Origin: Kudoa neothunni
Lineage: Eukaryota > Animalia > Cnidaria
Assembly (NCBI GenBank): GCA_964304625.1
Contig: OZ199838.1
Location: forward strand, 10,235,617-10,299,616
Direction: 5' to 3'
Length of the DNA stretch: 64,000 nucleotides
Position 1 is the first letter of the stretch, and each line of letters opens with the position of its first letter. The translations under genes and the position numbers were made by a program. The notes under the pieces are model-generated. The model saw only the letters and a program-made list of their open reading frames with translations, made no database searches and had not been told where the DNA came from. Shown here piece by piece: positions 53,201 through 64,000 of this stretch.

Positions 53201-56200
53201 TAAGAAAGGAAATTGCCAAAAAATAGGGAGAATGATATCAATAATTAGTTGTTCAATAACGGACGTGCCATTTTCAAGGTCTTCAATAATCAATATATTC
53301 ACATGAAATTAATCCATTTAGGTTTTCAATCGCAGAGAATTCCAGAACCGCATATAATATTAGAATTAAATGAAAAAATTTTCATTTAAAAGATAAGAAT
53401 AATAAAAAATAATTACAATTAAGGTTAAAAAATCGTTGATAGATACCTAAAATAATAAAATTTATCTAAATAATAATGATTGATATTATATTTTATTATT
53501 TGTAAGTATGTAAGGTCCGAATATCTTTACACCTATTTAGGGATCGTTTATGAACAATTAAAATCACAAACACGCTATTTAATGGAAAAAATGAATATTA
53601 ATTAGACGATTAATAATTTAAATTATTATCCAATAAATTATTATATAAACATTTAATAAACAGATTTAATATTTCAATCAATAATTAATAACCAGGATAT
53701 CTAATTGAGTACATGACTTAATAAAATTGATAGAATTTAACGTAGATCTAGACACTAAAAAAATTAAGTAAATGAGTACCTTGACAGTGAACAACAACGC
53801 GGCAAGATGATTGAGCGATGTTGGATTGAGAAATAAGCAAAATTTACCTTAAGCAAATAATCATGCTCAATATCAACTGTAGAAATGAAGCAATATACCA
53901 CAATTAAGCGATACCAATTGGAACAATAGGCATTTGATTAGGAAATTGACACGTGACAACTGTATGGCAGTGGAGCTGATAATGCAGGTCACACATTCAA
54001 CAAAGTTACTATATCAATTATACATTATCAACGAATAATACTCGCTTGTACTTTCTTGTAGCGAGCTTACAAATAAACTCTTGAAAATGTTTGCTATGGT
54101 GATCGGACACAATTGTTTTGTGTTTTTCAAACAATGATCTCATATTGTGGCAATTGGAGTCATTCGAATGGGCGATTAACTAACAGGATGATATAAAAAT
54201 AAGTTTGTGCGTTGTTCACTACATTTAACGAGTCCCGATCACGATCTACCATGGACTCAAAGCATTCAGAGATCGACGCCAAAACATGCACAAGTCGATC
54301 CGAATTCTGTTGAATAGCTTCCTCCTCATTCAAATAACTTTAAGCGAATTCCATAAACTTTAATTAAAAATTTAAAAAATACTTAGTAACCAATCTTTTT
54401 AATTCTCTGAAACTATGGCGATATTTGATTAATTGTAGCAATTCATATACCAAAGGTCGCCTAGTAATAGCAAGAATAAATAATTAAGTTAATGATGTAA
54501 AGTTGAATGAATACCATGTGTAATTTGAATATTTATCGTCATCAATTTTGGAGTATTCGTCAACCAGCAGTTTATAAATGGATACATCTATACTCTTGAT
54601 TTCCTACAATAATCGATAACAATAAGACCCAATAAAGAAGTGGATATTATAGGAATAGTACAATTTTGCATTGTAGAAACGTTTCAATGTGATCTTCGTT
54701 GAGGCACATAGAAATAAAAACTTTATCCAACTTAATGAAGAGAAATTTCACTTAACATATTTACTTTTAATCACATCGCACTTAAGGGAATGATGTGAGT
54801 ATGGATTTATAAATACGGGAAATAACGCATCTACAGTTTTTTCCACCTAAAATTGTTATAAAATTAAAATTTAAAATCATAATTTAAAGTGTAAAAATAA
54901 GAAAACATAAAAAACGATCAACTAAATCATACATAGACAGTGAGTAGCTGGCATACTAAATGTGGAACCAACAACCAAATATCTTGTATAATACGTACAG
55001 AATATTCTAACAAGGTTGCTAGATACTAATCTATTGGTTAGTATGTGTGCAGAATGAACATTGTAATAATTGTAATACATCGGCGGGAACATTCCTTTTG
55101 GAATCTTCTGCTATCCATGACAACACTCTATCCATCATAGAAGAAACAAACTCTACAATGCCACAAATAGTTAACAATAGTCATCAGAAAAAATTACCAG
55201 TAAATGGTTGCTTTTGGCGCAAATATTTATATATGAGCAAATTTTTGAAAATATTCACGAATTTGCTCAGCTTAGAATGATTGCTGTGTAATTTGATCGA
55301 TAAGATTAATTGTTGTCTCACATTATCACACTACTTTGAAACATTTGATGTGGCAGAAATCCATTCAATAATAGGCTTCCAATTGTAACGATACTTAATA
55401 ACAATAGGTATAATATAGATAAAATGGCAATTACTTGATCACATAATTGTCGATATTTTTCTAAACAATAACATAATTGATTTAGTCAATATCGATTATA
55501 GTAATGGATTACCTTCATCAGCCTGTATATTCGCACAAATGGCATTAAACTCCTTATTCTCCCATAGAAGAGAATGTTCGTCGGCGTTCAACAATGCACA
55601 AAAATGTATTTGATATATGTTAAATTTGTTGATATTTTGGATCCAAGAATCAAGTAAACCTTCACTTTTCAACAGTTTACTATCACTAACAGTTTCTGTA
55701 GTCGAAACTCTACACAGAGATTATTTTGGATGACTGTAACAATGTGTAGAAACCACTATAAATTTACTGTTGTGATGTTGAATCAGAATCTTTAATTGGC
55801 GCAAAGAGGTCATACACATCATCCTAATTATACAATTGTCTTAAAGATATACAATTTCGAAATACAAAACTAATAGAACGGGTGATTAACACCAATCAAA
55901 ATGAACAATTGATTTGAAATAATAATTGAAAACAAATAATAGTTAATTATCCAATTAAAATAGATGACGTTGTCCAATTAACAATAATTCTCACCATAAT
56001 ACGAACAACACATCATTTAATTATCATTATCCTATAACGAAATAATTTAATTACTATATTGTTTTTATTATCATAATCGAATAATAATTCGCCGGCGGCA
56101 ACAAGATTGTTGTAGGCAGCTTCTATTCCGCTGTTTGCTTGTTGTTGGTATTGAGCTTGACTCTGTTTGATGATAGAAATTAATTGAACTCAAAGTAATA

Positions 56201-56990
56201 TCATAGAAACAGATCACATACTTTTGAATTGCTGGTAGATGCAAAATCTGATATGTTTCCATCGTCTAGATCCGCCTCGTTAATATTTGCATCAACGTTG
56301 GATAACTAGAGAAAACGTTAAATAAAAATAAATATAGGAGCATTCAATCACATCATCGGTGCTCTGATAATAGGAGTACTCATTTTTTCCATCGTCAAAT
56401 AAAGTGGAATAAAGAACTCCATAGATATTAAACGTCAAAACATCGAAATCTCCTTCCATCAATAAAATATCGCATGGAATCTTTTATCAATTTAAAAGGT
56501 ATTAAAAAATAACGAGATAGCGCTACTGTTTCTGTTGGCTTTAATTGCAAATCTGAGAGAACAACACCGCATTCGTCATAACTAAAAATAGATAAATTGT
56601 CTTATGTTATTCGCCCTCTCCAAGTAAAGATACCTTATGTATGGCTTATAACAACTAGAATCATCCTTGGCTTTAGAAAAATATGTATAAAATTTCAATG
56701 GACCGATTTTATCTTTTGAAGTTTTACTAACAATGAAAATTTATTTCACACATTCAAGAGGTTGGTTCATCCAAATTAAATACCTGATGTGGCGCAGTTT
56801 TTGGTGACATGGTTTGCCATTGGCTATCAACTTCACCTCATCAATAATCACTGGCTCTGGAAACACAATAGGTATGTAGTCATTGTCCTATCAACCACAT
56901 TAATATCCTTATTATAAAATGTGTGAAAAATACTTGTTTTTCCTCTATCGAAATGTTTCCTGAAAATAACAACGATCTCGTTGGCTCCAT
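47248..56990 (-). CDS. VIRMA: Protein virilizer homolog (m6A methyltransferase complex scaffold), many exons
   Basis: N-terminal VIR_N-like SLLFSG...IVFPEPVIIDEVKLI...YDE...DILLMEGDFDVLTFNIYG (compare VRFPCVVYINEVRVI...DGLVLRGWYNCLTLAIYG). C-terminal TSRLPSLHVDDF (compare TSRPPSMHVDDF). Helical-repeat exons lie between. About 2.3-kb intron at 51437-53779. Confidence 0.88.
51984..52940. mobile_element. Non-autonomous piggyBac-type element in the large VIRMA intron
   Basis: TTAA flanks at 51980-51983 and 52941-52944. 21-bp inverted repeat AATACCTGGAGRTGGYCACTG at 51990-52010 and 52889-52909. Confidence 0.65.
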
Positions 56991-58517
56991 AAATCCTAAT
57001 GCGCAAATGTATTCAGTCGCTTACTTAATATCCGAGCATTATACCTTATATTATTATGCGATTCATTTGGCTGCTGACGATAAATTTTTACCACTTCTTT
57101 CTTAAAAATTAATAATTAAGATATTTTTTATGATTCTATTTATACATATAAGAGACAATGAGCTAAAAGTTACGAAATTAGTTAGAGCTGTTTTTGTAGA
57201 CGTGATGGATGCGATAGAGTAGACGATCATTTCATTGTTACACGCTCAATCCATTCAATTGAATCAGCATGAATTGTTTAATTTTTTTAAATCATAAAAC
57301 TCCATCAACACTTTGATTAGTTTAATTTGCTTCTTAAATGTTTAATAACGTGTCGACAATACAAGCAGATCAATATTCGTGTACTGACGATTAGATTATA
57401 ACTTCTATGGGTACACTTCATTAAACAATCCATTAAAATAATCATATTTAATTTTTCAGGGATAACAACCACTTTAACACACACGTAACATTGCGTCGAT
57501 TCGATAGAATTGTATGTTGGATATGTGGAGGAAATGTGATGTGATTATGCTGAAAAAATCCTTTGTTACATCGCATTACATACTATTTGTTGCTTGGTAT
57601 GCACTTGGGAAATTAATTAATTCAAAATTAGGGGATTAATTCTTCCACGTTAATCTATTCAAATTTTAATCCGACGCTATATCGTATCAATGACACTTAA
57701 TCTTCCCATTGTTCCTTTTTTCTACCGAAACTTGTCCGTTCTTTGAAGTAATGTCGATGATGGTTGACCTCATTAAGTTGCCTTTGGTAAACATTCTAAA
57801 TTTTATTTGATATAAAAACTTAATTGCACATTGAAATAAAAATGTTTAAAACAAAATCGGAAGAAATAATTACCGCTTGAACCAACTTTTACAATTCTTA
57901 TTATTAATCAATATAAATTTACTATGAGATTATATATATGATTAACATGATTCTACTGTTTTTACAGTCATACCCAGAGTATACTGTGAGGTAATGATAA
58001 AATACGTAACACTCGAAAGACACAACTTCATACTCATACCTGGATTATGTTTTTACAATTGTTTATAAAATGATCGACCGTAAAAATTCAACCACAAAAA
58101 ATGACACTTAATTTTTCACAAAATTTCAGATAAACAGTTATTGTTTTAAAGTTTAATCATTTCCATTTGCCGAACATTCATCTAATTTCTAACTTGGTTC
58201 AATAGTTAACATGAAATTAGGTTTTTGTTATATTATTATCATATTAATCATTAAATTTTTAATTATCCAAATTAATTACAAACAACTGTATATTTTATCC
58301 TGGTTTGCTTATTAAGAAACCGATGATTGGAAATTGATTGAATTTCCCGCGTGCTACATAAAATGGATTTCTAAGTTTTCTATATGATGATGGATTTGTT
58401 CTATTTATAAAAAAATTAAATATTTTTACACATATATGTTTTCAGTAAATACAAATATTTTTCATGCTATAAAAATATGGTATTATTCGGCAGTATAAGT
58501 GGAATTTTAATTTTATA

Positions 58518-58587
58518 CCATGGGTGACGTGTGGTTCGTAATTTTTTCTTGGTCTTAATGGGATTACGAACTACCCGTCACCCATTG
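58518..58587. mobile_element. 70-bp Tc1/mariner-type MITE (hairpin)
   Basis: TA|CCATGGGTGACGTGTGGTTCGTAAT ... ATTACGAACTACCCGTCACCCATTG|TA. Confidence 0.75.
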
Positions 58588-59005
58588 TACAGCGAAAATT
58601 TGTCTTATACTTTTAACATTGAAAAAATGCTATCAATAATTATGTGTAATGAAAGACCGCAAAATATGTTACTAAGATACGGTAATAATTGAATGTTAAG
58701 CGAAAAGATTAACTATACAACAATTGTTGTCGACCTGAGATTACGTGAAAAATTCAATGTCAGTTTTAAGGTTAAATTTTTAACGCTCAAATTAATTCGT
58801 TTTATTATGCAGCCCTGAAAACAGAGAAGCGATTATAAGATGTGTAAGGTTGTGTTTTTTAGGTGTTACTTAACTTACCTTTAAACAAATTTCTACGTCG
58901 ACTCAAAATATACCCAAAACTTTTCGATATTATTTCATTATATGAGTTGTCTGAATAAACAAACACAGATTTAAAAGTACTGAAATAGTAAATAATCAGA
59001 AATGA

Positions 59006-61223
59006 TTATTGTTTATATTCGTCTTTTTTTGGGTAGGTATTCTCAAAAAATAATTTTTGATCAAGATCTTGAGCCTGAATATTGAATCCCATATGACCAG
59101 TAACATCTTGGTGTTGGCCGAGAAGGTTCTTCAGTGATGGATAAATAGAACCTTCATATTTCCTCATTTGATTTACAGGCGTATTCCAAAGCATTTCTAG
59201 AAGTTTTTGATGCTCCTGAGTGATGGGAGCAGTTATGATTTCATGCTGCTGAGATGGTACAACTTGCTCTGATGGGTACGCAGCGTTGGAGCCTCGAGCT
59301 GCAGAATTGCCTTTTTCAGTCATTGCAAAATACTTTTTATCTTTGCATCTTGGATCTATACAATTATTGCTCGTAAGCCTGTAAACACATTGAGGCATTA
59401 ATACCTTTAAATAAATATATAGACACGAGGGGCATCTCTTGTGGTAGGGGGATTTTGAATAAAGCAGTTACCATGCTGATTAGTTTTATAGAGAATGTTG
59501 ATAAATTGAACAATAAAGAAATAGCCCTTGTAAATTTTTTTGGTGTAGAAAGGTTTACCTCTGGGTTGTTGCGAAAATAAGGTGAAGGATGCATCGAAAT
59601 CGTTAAGTCGTCAAAAATTTTTCGTATATCACAGTTATAGTCAATGAATCGCTGGTATATTTCAACTATATCATCTCTTATACTTAAAACAAGATTTGGG
59701 TTTTCCAGGTCGTCATGTTCGTTTGGTGTCAACAACATTATCAAACGCAGAAACATCAAATCTATAGTATCAATATTGATTTGGTTCATTTTTTCCACTA
59801 AATTTTTATTGACGCATGTGACAAATGATCCCAGCTGATTGGAGGGAGTATTTAAGGTGACTAACCAATATTCTGGGAATAACAAATACTCTCCAATATT
59901 CTGCCAAACAAACGACTATTCACTATCAACAAATAATAAAATATAATTACGATATTATTTCCTAAACAAGACCATATATTTTCGGAACCATGCTTATATG
60001 TTCGAAAGGCCAGTCCAAGGATTACACAGTCAGCAATTCGGCTTTGTAAAAGTATTTTTTTATCATTGACTGAGATTTTATTTAAGAGAGGAATAAAGCC
60101 AACCCATTGTAAAATATCAGAAATATCATTTTCCAGCAGTTGCATTAGAATGTTTTTATCGTTCACTAAAACATAAACCCTGTGTTTGTTAGAATATGGT
60201 ATCTTAGTGAAGTAGGCAGCTAAAGAATTATAATCCAAATATTAAAAAATTAGGCATACTTTCTGGAGTAATCTCTGGATTACAAACAAGTTGGGATATT
60301 GCGTACAAATCTTCTGACGTTTGTAATTGAATGTGTTTGTTACAGTTATTGATTACTTCTTGTGCTCTTTTTACTGAAATCACGCTTGTATTTTGTGATC
60401 CCCATCTTTGGGTTGATGGGGTATTAGCCACCTTAGGCATGTCCATTGACATTACGTTTTTGGTTGTTGGTTGGTTTTCGCTCTGCATTGACACATTGTT
60501 TCTGCTTACTTCATCAGAAGACCGAGGAAGGGAATTTTTTAAATTGGGTTTTTTTTTCCATAGAAATAGCTATAGCATAAACAGAAAAAATTAGCAGTAT
60601 ATCAACCAATATGTTACACATTTCTATTCGTATATATAAATAGCGGTTTAAATTAATTATATGCAACAATTTGATCTTTATTTATTGGTGTTATCAAAAA
60701 AAGACTTACGGATTTTTTATTAAACTTTGCGGTTAGCATGATTATTTATTGTAAACCGTTTTACCCTAAGCATTCATAGTTAAACATAGAGTTAATATTA
60801 CAACAACCAATTTAATGTAAATATATATTCTTATTTGATGTATCAATTAGAAAATAATAACCTTCAACTTTCATTCCTACATCTAGGCATTTTCTAAGTC
60901 GACAACTCTTGCAATCGTTTCTATCGTCGAGTGTAATTACACAGGTATCACCATATTCACAATATGGAATGGTACCCTTTCTGACGATCCTTCGGAAAAA
61001 AGACTTACAGCCTTGACAAGAAACAACTCCAAAGGTTCTATTACGCGTCAGTTCGCCACATACAACACATACTACGATTTCTGGGCTGGTATAATTATTT
61101 TTTTCTTCATCGCTGGAACAAAAAATATTTATATAAGATAATAAATTGAAATAAAATAATATAAAAATAATTAGACAACTTGTACTTTGTTGATGTGGTT
61201 GTTGGCGTCGAGGGAGAGGACAT
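59006..61223 (-). CDS. Divergent nuclear hormone receptor (C4 zinc-finger DBD plus LBD), NR2-like
   Basis: Two C4 fingers CVVC...CQGCKSFFRR...C..C...CKSCRLRKCLDVGM. LBD signature WVGFIPLLNKISVNDKKILLQ and FLRLIMLLTP...LEN...V..IRD. Short introns. ATG at 61223. Apparent +1 frameshift in the A9 run at 60549-60557. Confidence 0.9.
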
Positions 61224-63408
61224 CGCACTTGGTAACGTGACGAAAAAATATTTATTGGAACGATCAACCAAAAACAAAGTATACAACTTAAATTGCCTCG
61301 AATCTAAAAGCTCAAAAAAGTGGATTAAGCACTGTGCAGTATTTCGAATGAAAAGTGTCGAATGGCTTAAACAAGAAGGAACTTGGGAGATGTCGAAATT
61401 TAACTAAAATATTGGCCTTAATCCCCCTCCTAATTTAATAATTGAGAGCATTATAATCTACGAAATTATGAGTACAATATTGGGTTTCTATAATAACCAT
61501 TTCGAATCGTTTTATAAGGGTAAGGGGATAGTAGTACTATATTTTGTCTATATTATCATTCTTAATCTATTAAGTATACTAAAAGGTTGCGTTAGTGAGT
61601 TACCATGTATACGTCTGTGTACATCAAATATCACGGCTGAGACAATAGCACTATCCATGATGTGGAAACGTCTCTTGGATCAAATCTACATGCCAATGAT
61701 AAAATTTTATTCTTTTATTATTACACATACTAATATATTTTCACTACTTTATTCATGAAAATATAAGACATTTTTTTATTATGGAATTGGTGGAAAGAAA
61801 ATTAGTTGATGCTACCTACAAAATTATCCTCGAATATAACGATATTATGAAGTTTTGCGTTAATAATTAATTTAAAACAAGTTTTGAAACTTAAAAATTT
61901 TATAAAAAATGCTATTTAATTCATCCTTTGTAAAGCTGAATAATTAATTGGTCATTCGTCTTTTAAATGAACGATACTCATCCTTTCCTAGAGTTCAAAT
62001 TCTAGCTTAATCGGCTACGTCTGGATTTAAATGCATAAAAAATATGTTAGATTAGCTAAGATTACGTGTTACAATTGACATTATTTCCAACCATCTATTA
62101 ATAAGAATATCAACGTTTGTTAAATAAAATATATATTCATTTTTTAAATATAGTATTTGATCACAACAATAATTTTAAAATTATGTAGAGGCAAGTATTT
62201 TAAAATGTATTAATTAAATCATAATCATTTTTTTGGTATCAAAGTGGTAAAATGCGTTGTATTATGACCGGATAATCTCAAGTCTGTTTTCGCGACAGCC
62301 GTGTCTATCCAAAAATTCCTAATTATCAAAGACTTTCAAGTATTCGAAGATGGCATAATAAACAAACGTATTGAAACTCTCTCTATATTGGCCGGTTACG
62401 TGGGCCCCAACAAAATATCCTCTTTTGTGCGCTTTTTAATTTTTTTTCGGTCAAATAATTATTCCATTCAAAAAAAAGAAATAAGGTATAATTTTCAAGC
62501 CTCCTTAAATCTATGTTTGAGCTTAGTCATAATTCCTTAATCTCATTTACGTGTTGTCGTTGTCATGTATCAGAAAATCATCCCTTTTTAGTATTACATC
62601 GTTTTTTCATAATTTTTATGTGTTATATTCGTATATTTTAATCGCAGGATATAAAAAAATTCTCTACATCACGAATACTGAATGTCTAATGTGGTACGAA
62701 TGAAATAAATAGCTTCCGGGTAGTTATAATCATGAAATTATTTGCTCTTAAATTTAAATCTCTGTTAATGTATGTAACCAATAAAGCATGTTATATATAA
62801 TCATACATAATCCTATTGTATATATTTAACATCTATTAATTATCAATAGAATTTCTGTAGATATTTGAAACTTGGGCGAAATCTCAACTTACCTATTTAA
62901 TAGCGATTGGATAGCCAAACCTTTTTCATTTTTAAGAACACAATAAGCAATCAGTATTATATTGTTTCTAAATACATCATTTACTTTATATGTATTGATT
63001 GAGCAGTAGCATTATGTAAATCAGAGAGCGTTTTGTGAATTTTGAGACAATAAGAATTAAAATACGATAGAGAATAACAGAAATAAAAGTCACTCGATTA
63101 GCCAGCGTTACGCAGATTTCTAGGTGACAACTTGCCGATTTAATGGTATTTTTATTCTCGAATGTCAACCGAATTAAATGAAAAAACAAAAATATTACTG
63201 ATACTTAACAAATATAAATGTTATTACATATAATACACTGGGATTGACAACTGTCTTATAGTTTTAATCATAAAGATCAAATATTAAAAATAGTAGGTGT
63301 TAGGTCTAATTTGAATAGATTTTCTTTGAATTTATGTCATTTTTGGAAATTGGAGATAGACCGAAAATTATAAAATAATATTTTAAGATGAAGAGAGAGT
63401 TATTGAAT

Positions 63409-64000
63409 TTAATTATCTGTAGGTAGACGTTTGTTAGTTCCAGTATTTGATGCCCGATTGAAATTTTGAAGTTGAGCGCTAGCCCCATTATGTCCGGCAA
63501 CATTTTGGAAGTTATGATGAGTCAACAAACTTGAAAAAATGTCACTCCCATAATCATCAATTTGATTGATTCCAATGTTTTGAAGCGCAGATAAAATATG
63601 CTGGTATTCCTGATAGTTGGGATTAATAGTGAGATCAGGTTGTTGGGGTTGAAAAGTTTCGGCTTGTTGGGTTGCAATGTTGGAACCTGGAGGGGTAATA
63701 TTGTGAAAATTAGCCATATCAAGATATCTCTTTAACTTTGACCTTGAATCTATCCACAATTTGAGTCAAGTTAAGATATTTTTAATACTTGAAAAGTTTT
63801 TACCGTTGAAAATATAAGTAAAGGTTGAGGGAAGAACCTGTACCGGTAAAAGTTGATAAAAGTCAACCACCTCATCAACGAGCTTTGCTGAGATATTTTG
63901 TGAGATTGAAGAGCAAAGAGATAGTTTTTGCGAATTTGTTCCCTACAGAATGTGTTTTTTGAGGATCGTTAGCAATGTAAGGAGAAGGTTGAAGAGCAAC
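63409..64000 (-). CDS. 3' end of a second, paralogous nuclear receptor (5' part outside the window)
   Basis: QPSPYIANDP...KFAKTISLLFNL...SAKLVDEV...TYIFN/D aligns with HPSPYFRNNP...KFTRAISLLFNL...SIKLISMV...IYLFK/D of the neighbour. Same phase-1 last intron and a homologous tail. One extra base near 63896-63899. Confidence 0.8.

Noticed and set aside
57500-57600. In-frame TGA as possible selenocysteine on the plus strand
   Set aside because: No recognisable selenoprotein context or SECIS element, and the frame has other stops.
57690-57800. ULK4-like kinase start (GRKKGT-like)
   Set aside because: It needs a frameshift and no kinase motifs follow. The downstream exons are VIRMA.
63888-63946. 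59-nt intron that might explain the frameshift in the second receptor
   Set aside because: The segment is homologous to coding sequence of the paralog (KF..ISLLFNL), and splicing it out gives a wrong frame with an early stop.
1-64000. Prokaryotic systems (CRISPR arrays, operons) or a non-standard genetic code
   Set aside because: No regularly spaced repeats were seen. Genes are spliceosomal, and in-frame stops are explained by introns or transposon decay.

Overview
AT-rich eukaryotic genomic DNA from an animal, judged by an Otx homeobox gene and zinc-finger nuclear receptors. Most introns are very short GT-AG introns (about 35-60 nt) and the proteins are strongly diverged. This resembles a genome-reduced parasite such as a myxozoan, but that is inference only. 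Host genes spliced by hand: the 3' end of exportin-T (XPOT), an adaptor-complex sigma subunit missed by the ORF track, exocyst Sec10 (EXOC5), a small basic orphan gene, BolA1, two tandem SLC17 anion transporters, Otx, the m6A-writer scaffold VIRMA, and a tandem pair of divergent nuclear receptors (the second cut by the window end). Intergenic DNA and the few large introns are full of decayed DNA transposons: Tc1/IS630-like, piggyBac, Mutator, hAT, Merlin-like, pogo-type MITEs, a Helitron-like end and a tRNA-like relic. Most interesting: (1) the receptor locus has a non-canonical P-box (CQGCKS), a reading-frame break at an A9 run between DBD and LBD, an internal ATG exon that could make an LBD-only protein, and a conserved novel C-terminal module; (2) both SLC17 copies lack the proton-coupling acidic residues, and the second lies between two piggyBac-type ends; (3) four single-base homopolymer frameshifts fall in conserved genes, most likely assembly error. 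Homology calls come from remembered motifs, not database searches.
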